Source: Octopus vulgaris (taxonomy: Eukaryota). From it: DNA of 64,000 nt. The translations under genes were made by a program, and so were the position numbers. The DNA lies in NCBI GenBank assembly GCA_951406725.2, contig OX597816.1, positions 9,796,001 to 9,860,000 of the forward strand, written 5' to 3'. A model generated the notes under the pieces. The model had not been told where the DNA came from. It saw nothing but the letters and a program-made list of their open reading frames with translations, and ran no database searches. Positions 12,967 to 27,390 of this stretch are shown here, one piece after another; the stretch's first letter is position 1, and every line of letters starts with the position of its first letter.

Positions 12967-13326
12967 TTAAAGCATTTTTTGGGGCCATTTATGGCTATTT
13001 TTGGGCCACCAGCACTAGTGAGGGAGGTGGCTTTATGCTTGGCAATGAGAGGTTAAAATTTGAGAGAAGAGGTTATAGCAGAAGAGATTTCTTGCTGTAG
13101 GGGGAGCCACGTGGCTACTCACATTTTAAAGAGAAGATTGGGGTAAGCAGGTGGAGCTTGAAAGAGATGAATATAAGGGTTAAGAAATGTCTGGGTCAAC
13201 CCTCAAGGTACAAGGTAACTAGAAGTGAGTGGGGACAGAAGAACCAGATTGTAGGTGGGTAGAAGCTGCAAGAGTATATGGGAGAATGAAAGATGGAGAA
13301 TGGGTGATGGGTGTATGTAAATATTA

Positions 13327-13528
13327 TCATCATCATCATTGTTTAATGTCTGCTTTCCATGCTAGCATGGGTTGGACGATTTTGAATGAGGACTGGCGAA
13401 CCAGATGGCTGCACCAGGCTCCAACCTTGATCTGGTAGAGTTTCTACAGCTGGATGCTCTTCCTAATGCCAACCACTCCAAGAGTGTAGTGGGTGCTTTT
13501 ATGTGCCACCGGCACGAGGGCCAGTCAG
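13327..13528 (-). mobile_element. Family C (RTE-like) 3' end
   Basis: (ATC)n followed by GTTTAATGTCTGCTTTCCATGCTAGCATGG...CTACAGCTGGATGCTCTTCCTAATGCCAACCAC. Confidence 0.75.
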
Positions 13529-14121
13529 AATGAAGAAAAAGTGTTGAGAAGTGGATGTAGTGAATGGTGGAAACAAAAATTTATGTAAACCAGAAATGCC
13601 TTCCTATCTCAGCAATTTCAGCTGATGGATGGAAAATAAAATTCAAGTTAATATAAACTTAACCTGAAATGGATATAATGCTTTAACTATAAATAGAACA
13701 TAAGCAGTGTTTTAATCTAATGGTAGACATTAAGTCATTGAACTGCTTACAGTCATTCCCTCTATACTTCTTACTTTCTTCCATTTAACTGATTCTCTCC
13801 ATTAATCATGCCTTCCAGTTAAGTGAACCTACCAACTTTAGCTAATGTATCATTGACACAAACCACGGTCTTTGAACAAACATCGTCTAGTTTAGTTTAA
13901 CATCTTGATGTACGAGTGCACAATTAGTAATGTTGCATTAACTGACAGTTAAAATTTAACTGGTCACCGAAACCATTTAAGAAATTCTGAAATGATTAAT
14001 TCTTTCTTTATTATATTTATCTTGTTACTCTCTATGTATGTATACGATTCTATGTACATATCATCATATCATCATCATCATCATCGGTTAACGTCCGCTT
14101 TCCATGCTAGCAATAGTTATA

Positions 14122-14171
<50 letters not shown>

Positions 14172-14199
14172 TATATATATGCATTGTTTATATATATTT

Positions 14200-14261
<62 letters not shown>

Positions 14262-15355
14262 TATATATATTATATATATATTATATATAATATATATTAT
14301 ATATATATTTATATAATATATATATAAATATTATATATACTATATATAATGTATATAATATATATTATATATTTATATATATGTATGTATATATATGTAT
14401 ATGTGCATATGTACATGTGAATATACATGTATGTATATATATTTGTATGCATGTGTGTATGTATGTATTTTGTATACACATACACAAACACAAACACACT
14501 CAGTCACTCACCAAACACACACACACACATGTGGAGTTGTGGAACTTATTTAATTTGAGGAATGAATTTATGTTGTTTGCAATCATGATGAAATTTTTTT
14601 TGCTTTCTCAGACAACTTTCCATATTTATACTTCCTATTTTTTTCCTTTCTTTTATTTCTGAATTCATTTGCAAATGAAATTTTGAATTACAAATTAATG
14701 AAATAATCAAAAATTAAAATAAATGAGATGCACCTGTCCCCCACCTGCTGCATATGCACATACATAATTAATATTTGAAATTTTTTAGGCAGTTAATGAC
14801 AGAAATGTTAACATAACAAAATAAATGCAAAATTCCGTCTCTTGTTTCTGTGAATAAGTTCAAATGGTGAGAGTGTATATTTTACCTTTCATTCCCTCAA
14901 GAGTCAAAATATATTTTAGAAATTTATGATTGTAAAATAATCATTAAAAAAAAGTTATTTTTACCTTTTTAGAGTAATGGAGTAATAGAAGGTGTTAATG
15001 ATTTACAATATTTGTTTCAGATGTCTACAATCTGATTTCAAATCCTGCTAAGTGATAATTACTTTTCCAGCACCAATTATCATTGTTTTAATGTCCACTT
15101 TTTCCATGCTTGCATATTTGAGACAGAATTTGTTAAGCAAGATGACATCTTGTTGCCAACTCATGCCTGTTTCTTAGCAAGGTAATATTCCCCCATGGCC
15201 CAGCATCTTTCCATGGAAGAATTACAACAATAAACAGCAGAAAGAAATCACTATAATTGATTATGTTTAACCCTTAACCTGTCTAGTGATGCTCACTCAC
15301 AACCATCACATGATGTCAAGACAAGGAGAGGCAAACACACACATACATATACAAG

Positions 15356-15611
15356 AGTTGCTGAAGCATGGAACAAACTGCCGGCATCAGTTGTTAGTTG
15401 TTGGAGCACTGCATCCTTCAAAACTTCCATGCTTCCTGAGATTCGGTAACACTACACCTGATTTTCTCCCCTCCATACACACGCAAGCATGTATTTGACT
15501 CATACACTGTTCACTTTCCAGACATTTGTACATTACTGCATATGCCTTATATGCACCTTTGACAAGTTGTGGTGCACCTGAGCACTGTATACAATAATTT
15601 CATTATTATTA
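15356..15611 (+). mobile_element. 5'-truncated CR1/L2/Jockey-type LINE 3' end
   Basis: Frame reads VAEAWNKLPASVVSCWSTASFKTSM, matching the WNxLP..VV...S...FK C-terminal ORF2 motif. A short UTR and (ATT)n tail follow. Confidence 0.75.
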
Positions 15612-15726
15612 TATATAGTTGGCTTGATGCTATGGCAGAAAAAGACTTGCTGAACATATCATGGAGTGAAGCTGAACTCAAAAGCTCATGGCTGGGAAAC
15701 AAACTTCTAAATCCCACAGCCATGTT

Positions 15727-15991
15727 CAGTGGCAGACTGGGTCTAAAAATATTGGTTGCTAAGAGACTAAGGGGGTCCACCCACAACTGCAATGCTATCA
15801 TTTAATTTTTGTTTTTATTAAAAGTATTCTTTTCAACTGTCTACAAATACAGCCAGGCTGAAATAAAGTATTCTTCCAGGAGTGAATAAAAAATTCTCAA
15901 ACTTGAGGGGATGGCCTCCATATATGGATTCTAATGGCATAGGAGCCCACTTGCCATTGGGCAAGTTGGCAACCTGGCCAGTCTGCCACTG
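15727..15991. mobile_element. hAT-like MITE
   Basis: 14-bp TIR CAGTGGCAGACTGG...CCAGTCTGCCACTG. Flanks GCCATGTT/ACCAAGTT match at 6 of 8, consistent with a decayed 8-bp TSD. Confidence 0.7.
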
Positions 15992-17413
15992 ACCAAGTTT
16001 GTGCCTTATATAATTCAAATGAAATTGGTGTCTTATTGAGTGAATTAACAAAATTATAAGCATAGTGTAATATAGCTTGTATACCCATGGCAAGGAAATC
16101 ATTTGCAACATATCACTTTTATTATTGTGTAAAGTCTACAAATATGTCATTTGGAAAATTCTATGAGTTCTTGCTTCATATTCAGTGAAACAAAACTGGC
16201 AATTAAGTAGATTAAATGGAATATTTGATTTTCATGAAAGTTTTCTTGTAGAGATGAACCAGGTTGGAAGAAAACTTAATGGCAGATTACTAAGTGCTAT
16301 CAAATTAAATAAAATACTATCAAATACGATTATAATATCAATAATTTAGAAAACTGAATGACATTTAATTTTAAAGCAAGTTTCAGAAAATTTTGCAGAC
16401 CGCTGGGCTTCCCAGGCAGAAAGAAATGTCAGCTTACTGATTATCAAGGAAAATAAAGAATGAAAAAACAAAATAGTTGAATGAACCTGAAAATAGATTG
16501 GTTTTACTATGGTGTTAACAAGAGGCGTGAATTTTCGTGTTATTTTTAAACATTAACTGAACGAGAAGAAATTTTTTTACTCTTGTATAGTATTAAAGAA
16601 ATCTTGTGTTGTAATAGAAATACCTGACATTAGACTAGATGTTGGACTTTAATTGCCATTAGAGATGTTTCTCACAAATTTATCGAGGAAAGAATATCAC
16701 ATGGTGCATTCTGTGTGTGTCTTCTGCTATAACCTTGGGCTGACCAAGGCCTTGTGATTGAATTTGGCAGGCGGAAGTACCCATCATGTGTACTTGTGCA
16801 TGCAAAAATGCTTATACCTGCTTTAACACATAGGAGGGAAAGCATACATACATACATATACATATATATATATATATATCATCATCATCATCATCATCAT
16901 CATCATCGTTTAATATCCGCTTTCCATGCTAGCATGCGTTGGACAATTTGACTGAGGATTGGCGAACCAGATGGCTGCACCAGGCTCCAATCTGATCTGG
17001 CACACACACATATATATATGCATACATACATACATATATGCATGCATGCATGCATGCATGCATGTATGTATGTATGTATGTATGTATGTATGTATGTATG
17101 TATGTGTGTGTGTGTATGTATGTATGTATGTATGTATGTATGTGTGTGTGTGTATGTATTATGTATGTATGTACTGTGGGTAAGATGAGGTTAGTGCATG
17201 CATAAAATAGATGCACCTAGTTTATGGTCAGACAGATAAAATTCTTAAACCCCTCAACTACTTAATCAGGGTGAACTATTTCAGCAGAACAAGAGTTGGT
17301 TATATGAAATACAAAGCTAGGGTGTAATGAAAAGAGAATAGATGGATGAACAAATTATAGTTTCATAGATTTGGCCGATGGTTGATATAATGTATGTTAT
17401 GCAAACAGGTGTA

Positions 17414-18130
17414 ACTGGCACTCTGCCAATTATAACATGGGTTCCAATGACCCGATCAGTGGAACAGCCTGCTTATGAAATTAATATGTAAGTGGCTGAG
17501 CACTCCAGACATACTCTTTTACTTGTTTTTGTCATTTGACTGCGGCCATGCTGGAGCACCACCTTTAGTCGACAAATCGACCCCGTGACTTATTCTTTGT
17601 AAGCCCAGTACTTATTCTATCGGTCTCTTATGCCGACCCGCTAAGTGACGGGGACGTAAACACACCCGCATCGGTTGTCAAGCAATGCTAGGGGGACAAA
17701 CACAGACACACAAACACATACATATATGTATATATACATATATACGACAGGCTTCTTTCAGTTTCCGTCTACCAAATCCACTCGCAAGGCATTGGTTGGC
17801 CCAGGGCTATAACAGAAGACACTTGCCCAAGATGCCACGCAGTGGGACTGAACCCGGAACCATGTGGTTGGTTAGCAAGCTACTTACCACACAGCCACTC
17901 CTGCGCCTATGTATGCCCATAATGTAGTTCTAAGGAAGATTCAGTATGATACTGGATGTGACAAGACTGGCCCCTTTGAATTACTGGTACAACTCATTTT
18001 TGTTAGTTAGGTGGACTGGAACAATGTGAAATAAAGTGTCTTGCTCAAGGACACAAGGCACTGTTAGGAATTGAACTCATGACTTTATGGCCATGAACCA
18101 CATATACCCTAACCACTAAGCCACATGCAT
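17414..18130 (-). mobile_element. tRNA-derived SINE, family D, interrupted by a young family A copy (17513-17908)
   Basis: The D body (GGAACAGCCTGC..AAGTGGCTGAGCACTCCA) resumes after the A copy and ends in a tRNA-like head. An inverted D fragment lies at 18545-18706. Confidence 0.75.
17513..17908 (-). mobile_element. SINE family A, young copy nested in family D
   Basis: Full body and head homology to the other A copies. Confidence 0.9.
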
Positions 18131-18777
18131 TCACAAACATGAGTACATAACGAGGCAGTGTTACACAAAGCATACACCCAAAGATATTATCCACTTGCAT
18201 GAAGCTTAATATTCCTGCAGGAATTGTCAAACAGTCTCTGAAGAAGAATGATTGAAGGAGATAATAATGTCATGAGGTTTTAAACTTAAATATCATGATT
18301 GGCAAAAAATATGGAAAGATTTTACCCTGATACCTCATCATGATCTTTATGTCTTTCCAGCTACTCACAACCACCTTTATATAATAGCCATGTATCTCCT
18401 TGTAATGAAAGGCTTATTCCTGTCCTATCATATTTTTACCTCTCAACACCTGGCATAAAGCTACCTTATTTTTTACTGTATTCCCACTCATTTGAGGGTT
18501 CTTTTCTTGGTGACCTCACTTCCTGTTGTACTTTTATTTCGAAGGGCCTTATCACACTTTGTGCCATGCTGAATCTCCCCGAGAATTACGTTAAGGGTAT
18601 ACATATCTGTGGAGTGCTCAACCACTTACACATTAATTTCATGAGCAGGCTATTCCATTGATTGGATCAACTGGAACCCTAGTCATCATAACCGATGGAG
18701 TGCCACGATGACGACTTCCTCATTCTAATATTGCCAAACCTCTTCTTTCAATCAAACCATACTTATTTCTTTATACT

Positions 18778-19221
18778 GTTTTCTATTCTAGGCAAAAGGC
18801 CCGAAATTTTGGGGGAGGGGTCCAGTCGATTAGATCAACTCCAGTACACAACTGGTACTTAATGTATCGAACCTGAAAGGATGAAAGGCAAAGTTGGCCT
18901 TGGTGGAATTTGAACTCAGAACACGAAGACAAACGAAATACTGCTAAGCATTGCACCTGGTGTGCTAACGTTTCTACCAGCTCACTGCCTTTCTTCATTC
19001 TAATATTCTTTTCCACTCTAGGCACAAGGCCCGCAATTTTAAGGGAGAGGGCCAGTTGATTAGATCAACCCAGTACACAACTGGTACTTAATTTATCGAC
19101 CCTGAAAGGATGAAAGGCAAAGTCGACCTTGGTGGAATTTGAACTCAGAACGTAAAGACAAACGAAATACTGCTAAGCATTTTGCCCTGCGTGCTAATGT
19201 TTCTGCCAGCTCGCTGCCTTT
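18778..19221 (-). mobile_element. Two tandem SINE family B copies (tail type ii)
   Basis: Two ~215 bp homologous units flanked by a ~58 bp direct repeat. Confidence 0.85.
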
Positions 19222-19851
19222 CCTCATTCTAATATTGCCATACCTCTTCTTTCAATCAAACCATGCTTACTTCTTTATATTACTTCCTTGCCGTAATATT
19301 TTCTTACCAAGCGAAGCACTTCATTAAGTCAAGCCATCGAAGTGTATCTCTACACAGTCACACACGTCTACTACTTCACGTTATTTCCTCTCAGTTTTCT
19401 ATTACTACTTCATTCAATCAAATCAACAAGGTTTGGAGTTTGTTTGTCAGTCAGAGATGCATGTAGCTGATGAAAGCGTTTGATGCTGAAAGCCAAGGTT
19501 TGTGAAAGATTCAAATTATGCACCATTGGCATCAATGTAAGAGGAGTGATAATTAAAAAGATTTGCATTTTGAAGTCATCATGGATGATGACTTAGGAAA
19601 GTTTGCCTTTCATCTATTTGGGTTTAGTAAAATAAAAGACCCGGCAATATTGAGGTTGGTGATTTTTAACTAATCCCCTCCCTTAAAATTGCTGGCCTTG
19701 TGCCTGAATTAGCAACCGTTATTATTATTCAGGTGGAAAGCTGGCGGAATCATTAGCATGCTAGACAAAATGCTGGGCTTTTCTTCCAGCTTTATGTTCT
19801 GAGTTCAAATTCCACTGAGGTCAGCTTTCTCTTTTTTCTTTTTGGGGTTGA

Positions 19852-20108
19852 TAAAATAAGTACCAGTTGTGTACTGGGACTAATGTGACCTAACTAATTC
19901 TTTCCCACCCAATTTCTAGCCAATAGATTATTTTTATAATCATTAAAATTTCAAATAATTTTTTTCTTAAAGCACTTGAAAAATAAGTACCAGTTGTGTA
20001 CTGGGACTAATGTGACCAAACTAGTTCTTTCCCACCCAATTTCTAGCCAATAGAAAAGATTATTCTTATTTTCATTAAAATTTCGAATTATTTTTTCTTA
20101 AAGCACTT
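19852..20108. repeat. ~127 bp tandem duplication covering a SINE B tail and its flank
   Basis: AAAATAAGTACCAGTTGTGTACTGGGACTAATGTGACC...TTTTCTTAAAGCACTT occurs twice in succession. Confidence 0.85.
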
Positions 20109-20434
20109 AAAAAAAGGTTAGGGGGAAACAAACATACGAAGACCTGTTGATAAAAGAAGATCAAAGCAGTGCATTGATTTTTCTACTGATTAAAACAATT
20201 GTAGGTCATGAAGTTAAGAAAGCTATAGTGTATAGGAAGTATTTTCTCACCTATTGGCAGTATAATGCAAGATATGCCGTGACCCACTTACCTGTTTATA
20301 TACACCTATACATGTGCATTGGTACCATGAAAATGGTAATGTGTGTATGTGTACGTGTGTTTGCATGTGTGTGTGTATGCATATTCTGCATAAGTTAAGA
20401 AACGCTGATGAGGGAAAATATTGTAAGTATTATT

Positions 20435-20776
20435 TTCTTTTTATTCTTTTATTTGTTTCAGTCATTTAACTGCAGCCATACTGGAGCGCCACCTTATTCT
20501 TTGTAAGCCTAGTACTTATTCTATCAGTCTCTATTGCCAAACTGCTAAGTTACAGGGACGTAAACACACGAGCATTGGTTGTCAAGAGATGTTGGAGGGA
20601 CAAATACACACACACACACACACACACAAATGTGACAGATTTCTTTCAGTTTCTGTCTACCAAATCCACTTTGGTCAGCCCAAGGCTATAGCAGAAGACA
20701 CCTGCCCAAAGTACCCATGCAGTTGGAACCATGTGGTTGGTAAGCAAGCTACTTACCACACAGCCACTCCTACGCA
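20435..20776 (-). mobile_element. SINE family A with internal deletions
   Basis: Homology to the family A consensus blocks. Confidence 0.8.
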
Positions 20777-21948
20777 TATATATATATATATATATATGAT
20801 ATGAGTATGTATTATACAGATTATGAAAGATTAAAAATATATTTCATGCTACTGTAGTTGTTTCCACAGCAATAATGCCACTTCATTTGGAGATTGTACC
20901 AAACTATAAACATACATGTATACACATGTATATGTGCTTACATATATGTGTGTATATGTGTATGTATATAATGTATATGTATTTTTTTGTTTGTGTTATT
21001 CTATATACAACAACAAAAAATGCTCAATAAAGCCTTGTGTTAGAAAGCTACAGAGTCTGATATATTTATTTATATGAAAGATAATTATAATCATAAAGAG
21101 AATATCTGTAGTATTCACAATGCTAAATCGATACAAAATAAAAGTGAAAAGAGCCCCAAATATTTTTGATGTATTGACATTTGCCTGAATTCATATATGA
21201 ATATCATCATCATCTCTTTGCACCTATTTTTCTATGCCAGCATGGGTTGGCTGCATTGCTGGTTAGTTCTTAGTCAGAGTTACTACTCTCTGAGGTAGAT
21301 CAGAGAGCCTCCACATTCAGAGATCATATTTTGCTACCATGATAACGTGATACGTCATAGACAAGCACCATAAAATTTGACCTTCACTCTAAGAGAGAAA
21401 AAAACCTTTGTTTCCAGCAGGTAGATTCTGGGGATAATGCAACACTCATTGATTGCAAATAGAGAGTTTGAATGTATAGTTATATAGCTGAATGTGTAGT
21501 AATATGTGTTTACATAAATAACATTACTTTGTCTTCTAATAAAGCAGTTCATGATGGTAAAAAAGAGAAAGAAAGAAAGAGTGTTGAATAGATAAATATG
21601 AGCCATATTTTAGCATAGCATTTGGTTAATTAAATAAAAAGGAAAATTATCATTTGTTTGTACAATTAAATGCTAGGAATTTAGTACTTCCATTGATGTA
21701 GCAAAATCTGAAAACAAGAATCTATATTATTGCTGGAGTGATTTTTCACCCAATAATATGTATATACAAGTATATATATATATATTTATGAGTGTATATG
21801 TATATATTCACCTATATGCATACTAAATCTCTTTCTATAAAAACAATTTCTCATATGTATAATATCAGTTGGAATTATAAAGTCAGTCTCTCTCCCTCCT
21901 TTTCTTTTTCTCTCTCCTTCTCTCTCTCATTTTCTCTGTCACTCTCAT

Positions 21949-21979
<31 letters not shown>

Positions 21980-23313
21980 ATATACGCACACATGTATCTG
22001 CGTATGATCATTTTAATTTCGGTTGCTGTGATCTTGTGTAATATTTGACAAGATCCTAATGATTGAACACAGCTGTAAAGTGGTCTTTAAAACAAAGTTT
22101 AAAACTCAACATTCGTGTTTATGTATTGAAAGATATCATTTGAACTCTGTCAATAGAAACATTAAAAATGTGTTTGTGTATGTATAAAATTGTACATCCA
22201 TATGTATACATACGTCTCTATGTATATGTATGTACATATATGTATATCTATACATACTGAGATCTATGTAATCATGTAAGCATAAACATGCGTGCACACA
22301 CACACACATATGCATAATTGTGTATACATGTATAGCTATGAGTATATGTATTTGTTTATATGTATATAAAATGTATAAATGTATATGAATGTATATACAG
22401 TGTGTGTATTGGCATGTATATATACATATATGTTGATAAATATATCTTTATATACATTTTTGCACATTCATGTACAAATGTATATGTACATTTTTATACA
22501 CAGATTTTATATATATTTTATATATATTTATATAAATGTATATATGAGAGAAAGGGTCGATTTTATGAATAAAAATACATATACAAGAAAATGCTCTAAA
22601 TTCTGTAAAAATGAGTTGTCATAATTTAGTTTCTACAGAGTTTGTAGGTTAAAAACTATTTGGCTTTAAGCTATTTTTTTTCTCAATATATCTGATAGTA
22701 GGCTATTACATGTTCAGATGTATTGTTTTTATTATGGATGAAAGCTTCATTAAAATAAAATATTTCCCTGTGAAACACTATTCGCATTTTTAGATGCAAA
22801 ATCATGTTCCACCACTGAATTCTCTACTGTTATCTTTTTGATAATTGTGTATTCTTTTTTCCAGATATCTAAAAGCATATGTATGTTGAGTAAGTCTTTT
22901 CTTAAATGGATGTTCTCTAGTTTAAATGTAAGGATTCCTTCGGTATATTTTGTAAGCTAGACACTCTCTTTCTGTATACTATAACTTTAAAAATGTACCT
23001 GCAATTCAGTTTACAATAAAAAAAATTTAATGCAAATTATTATGAGAATTGTAAGTATTTGTGCTAATAAATCTCCCACTGTTCCTTTTAGTAACCAGTA
23101 CATTTGAATTAACAATGTACCTGAAGCTACCATCTGAATTTTTTCTGATAAAATTAACAGACACACAGTGTGTGTCTGCATGTGTGTGTATGGTGTTTTA
23201 AATTAAAAGAACTCTAGCAATGTTAAGACTATAAGAGGGCTTCGACCATTATCACTGCTTTACTTTTTTTCTGTTAAAGGGACATGGATTATTTGGTAAA
23301 TGATATGCGCTAT

Positions 23314-23621
23314 CCGGTGGCATGTAAAAAGCACCATCCGATCGTGGCCGTTGCCAGCCTCGCCTGGCCCCCGTGCCGGTGGCACGTAAAAAGCACCATC
23401 CGTCCGTGGCCGTTTGCCAGCCCCGTCTGGCACCTGTGCGGGTGGCACGTAAAAAGCACCCGCTTACACTCACAGAGTGGTTGGCATTATGTAGGGCATC
23501 CAGCCGTAGAAACACTGCCAGATCAGACTGGGCCTGATGCAGCCTTCTGGCTTCACAGACCCCAGTTGAACCGTCCAACCCATTCTAGCATGGAAAGCAG
23601 ACACTAAATGATGATGATGAT
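23314..23621 (+). mobile_element. Family C (RTE-like) 3' end with three internal GGTGGCA(C/T)GTAAAAAGCACC subrepeats
   Basis: Three ~57-60 bp subunits precede the GGGCATCCAGCCGTAGAAAC block and the (GAT)n tail. Confidence 0.8.
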
Positions 23622-25349
23622 TTAAGGCACTTTTAAGGCACTATTGTAATACAATTTAGGTTTCTCCATAATATAGAATGTCACATCCAATATTGAAATG
23701 TATATGCTTATTGTTTTTAAATTCCAAACAGGTATTGAGAGTGTATTTTATTTTCATCTGGTTAATGTTCTGAAATTATGCCTATGTTGATTGCACTCCA
23801 GCTTCAAAGAGTTTACCACTCATCTGATATAGGACTTAACCATCTGTTTCAATGGCTGGCACTTTTGTACTGTGAATATTTGCACTGAAATACTTACCAA
23901 TGACAAACATGTGTCAGGTATTAGAAACTAAATTTTGTGTTTTTTGCTGTTGTAGAATAGCCAACTTGGATAAAAAAAATATTTTTTTGTTAGGAGAAAT
24001 ACTAAAACTGTTTAAGCAGTTTCTAGAAATTCAAGATTACAAAGATGATTGTACCATAAAATTTTTGTTCCTTATTTTCCTTTTGTTTATATATGTTATA
24101 ATTATTTTTTATTATCATTTCTTTGATAGTGAAGTTTCTTTACAGGTGATGTATTACATTATTAAATATTAAACAAAGAATCAGTGCATAAAATGATGGC
24201 TAACATTTTTGACTAAATTCTTTAAAAGAGAAAGAGAACAGTTTGAGTTTTGTTGATTTACCATAATATTTTATTTAGTTTCGGAGTTTAGTACAAAGCC
24301 AAGGAAATTAGATAGGTTGGTGACGGTCAAACCTTCAAGTTTATTTCTTTGAAGAAATTGATATTTTTTCTAAAAATAGCTTTTGGTTTTCTGCATTTTG
24401 TATAATTGAGAAAAGGCTACTTGGAGGGCCATTAATGATCTGGTTGAGTAATTTGGGTCAAGATGTAAAAGAGTGGTGCAATCAAGGCAGAACTGGAAGT
24501 GCATTGTGACTAGCAGTGTAAAACAGCATTTGATGGTCTGGTTGATACTGTGATACTGTGATTTTTAAAAGACTATTATCTTAGTACAAACTAACCTGTA
24601 AAAAGTGGTATTATACATGGAATGAGTGTAGAAAATAAAGACCCATTAATTCACAGATTCTGACTGAATGCTCTGCTTTTAAACTGAATGAATGCCTCAC
24701 ACTATCAACAGCGTTTCACAGCAAGAGGCAAGTAGTTTACAAAATGCATTCAAGGCACAGCCTATGAGAATTAAGAGTAAAAATGTTGTCTTTCTGATAC
24801 GAATAATATAATTTCAAAAGATCTAATACATTTATACCTGTCTTGTACATTGCTACTTATCACCTGATGCCAAGACTCAAAATTTGGACAGGATCTTCCT
24901 GTATGTAACTGGAAGAAGCTTCTGAAAGTTGTCATCAATGACATGGGAGTTAATGGGATACATGTTTGTGAGGGCTGAGTTCCGCAGACATTTCTTGTCA
25001 CTCAATATCAAAAATGCGGTGAACCAAGATGTGGCCTGTTGGAACCCAATACCCAATTGATGCTTTTGTTTTCAAAGGCATGCAATAAAAAAAATCGATG
25101 CCTACATACAAAAATACATATATATGTGTATGTATGTGTGTGTGTGTGCATGGGGGGGGGGTATATATGTATACATGTGTGTGTGTGTATATATATATAT
25201 ACATACATACATATGCATATATATATATATACACATACATATACATATATATACAAATATATATATATATATATACACAAATATATATATACATACATAT
25301 ACATATATATATACATACATATACATATATATACAAATATATATACAAA

Positions 25350-25386
<37 letters not shown>

Positions 25387-26868
25387 TTACATATATATAC
25401 ATATATATATATGTATACACACGTTTTATATGTATACCATCATCATCATCCTTTGTATGCAAGTATTTAGGTATGTGTCTATGTGTACACGTGCATACAC
25501 ACATAAATGCTTATGTGCATTACCAATGCATACACGCATACACATGAGTGTCTCTACAGAGGAGCGCATCTTAATTTCGGTAAATTCCTATGTTACCAAG
25601 TTCCAGAGAATAACTTTGCAACTTTACATTTTAGTACAAAGTAAAATGTTCCAGCTCCATTATTAATGATCAGACTTAAGTATCTTTTTCATTTTTTTCC
25701 TAACAAGCCATAAAAGTAAACACTTCCAGTAAGTAGATATATAAAAACAACACCAAAAATTGAAGCTCTTAAAAAAGAATATACATAAATGGCCTGTGTG
25801 AAAAAAAACAGAGTTGACGATAAAATGGTTCCGTCTTTGTACACAATTGGTTCTGTATCTTGTTACAAAGGCAGATAAGCAGCACTTGGTTAACTCGACT
25901 GGTTTGGAAGAACATGTGGCTTTATACTGTGTGGAACAATATTAATGGGTTACTCTCTCTCTTTCTCCTCACTCTCATTTATTTACTCTCTATATATTTC
26001 TCTGTCTATCTCTTTCAATTCTCTCTCTCTCTCTCTCTCTTTCTCACTTGTTCTCACTCTGGCTTTTCATTCTGTATTTTTCTCTCTCTTCGTATTATTC
26101 TCTCTCCTTCATTCCGTCGCTTTTTCTTTCTCTCTTTCTCTGAATTTGTCAGGAATTTACTCAGAATCCTGAGATATTGGAAAATACCTTACAATATTTT
26201 TTCCTACCTGTTTCTGTTTCATGTTCAAACCCTGTTGATGTCTGCCTTTCCTCCCTCCGAGGTTGATTAAAAAAATTACCCATCCTGTACTGCGGCCAAT
26301 TTAATCAACTAACACCCTCCATACCTCTGGGGCCATGTCTCTAAGTTACAATCAATTATTTCTATCACTCAATTTTTCAGTCTATCTCCCAAACTTTCCA
26401 TTCTAGTTTTCACTCTATTCCTCTTTCTTTCACCCTCAATTCTCTTCTAGCATTATCATTCTTCTCTCTTTCTCTCTCTCTTACTCACACACACACACAC
26501 ACACACATGCTTGCTTACTCTCACCACTGTTTCTTTCTCTTCCTTTCTCCCATGCTCTCTCTCCCACACTCCCATCCATGCTCTTTCTTTTTCACTCTCC
26601 CACTTTCACTTTCTCTTTCACAATAATCCCCTCCACCCACCTTGTTACAGTCTTTGCCTCAGTCCTCTTTCTTCTTCTTGTCTTTCATTTCCTTTTCTCC
26701 TGAGCATCAATACATAACACAATAAATTCTACAGAAGGCACCTGTTACTGTTGTTCAAAAATCTTCTATCCTTCTCTGCATTTTTCTCCACCTAGACTTT
26801 TCTTTTGCCCCATCTTTGTACACACATCTCCATTTCTCTCTTTTTCTCCATTAGATACAAATATATAT

Positions 26869-27246
26869 ACTCTTTTACTTGTTTCAGTCATTTGACTGTG
26901 GCCATGCTGGAGCACCGCCTTTAATCGAGCAACTCGACCCCGGGACTTATTCTTTTGTAAGCCCAGTACTTATGCTATCGGTCTCTTTTGCCGAACCGCT
27001 AAGTAACAGGATATAAACACACCAGCATCGGTTGTCAAGCAATGCTAGGGGGACAAACACAGACACACAAATGCATATATACGACGGGCTTCTTTCAGTT
27101 TCCGTCTACCAAATCCACTCACAAGGCTTTGTTCGGCCCGAGGCTATAGTAGAAGACACTCACCCAAGGTGCCACACAGTGGGACTGAACCCGGAACCAT
27201 GTGGTTGGTAAACAAGCTACTTACCACACAGCCACTCCTGTGCCTA
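26869..27246 (-). mobile_element. SINE family A
   Basis: Full-length homology. Confidence 0.9.
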
Positions 27247-27390
27247 TATGTTAATGAAAATATATCTAAGACAAAGTATACAAATCTGAACAGATGTAAG
27301 TGAAGACGCATGTAAGCTTATAGCTCTCTGTAGAAATGAGATCTATACCTGTGTGTGTGTGTGTGTATGTGTGTATATATGCATGGATAC

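Noticed and set aside
19467-19505. Canonical hammerhead core CTGATGA-A-AGC..GCT-GAAA
   Set aside because: No convincing stem I pairing around the putative cleavage site and no second copy, so likely a chance match.
24937-25060. Short + strand frame [19 protein letters not shown] resembling an LYR-family EFR motif
   Set aside because: Too short, no LYR tripeptide or splice support, and other frames here are equally open.
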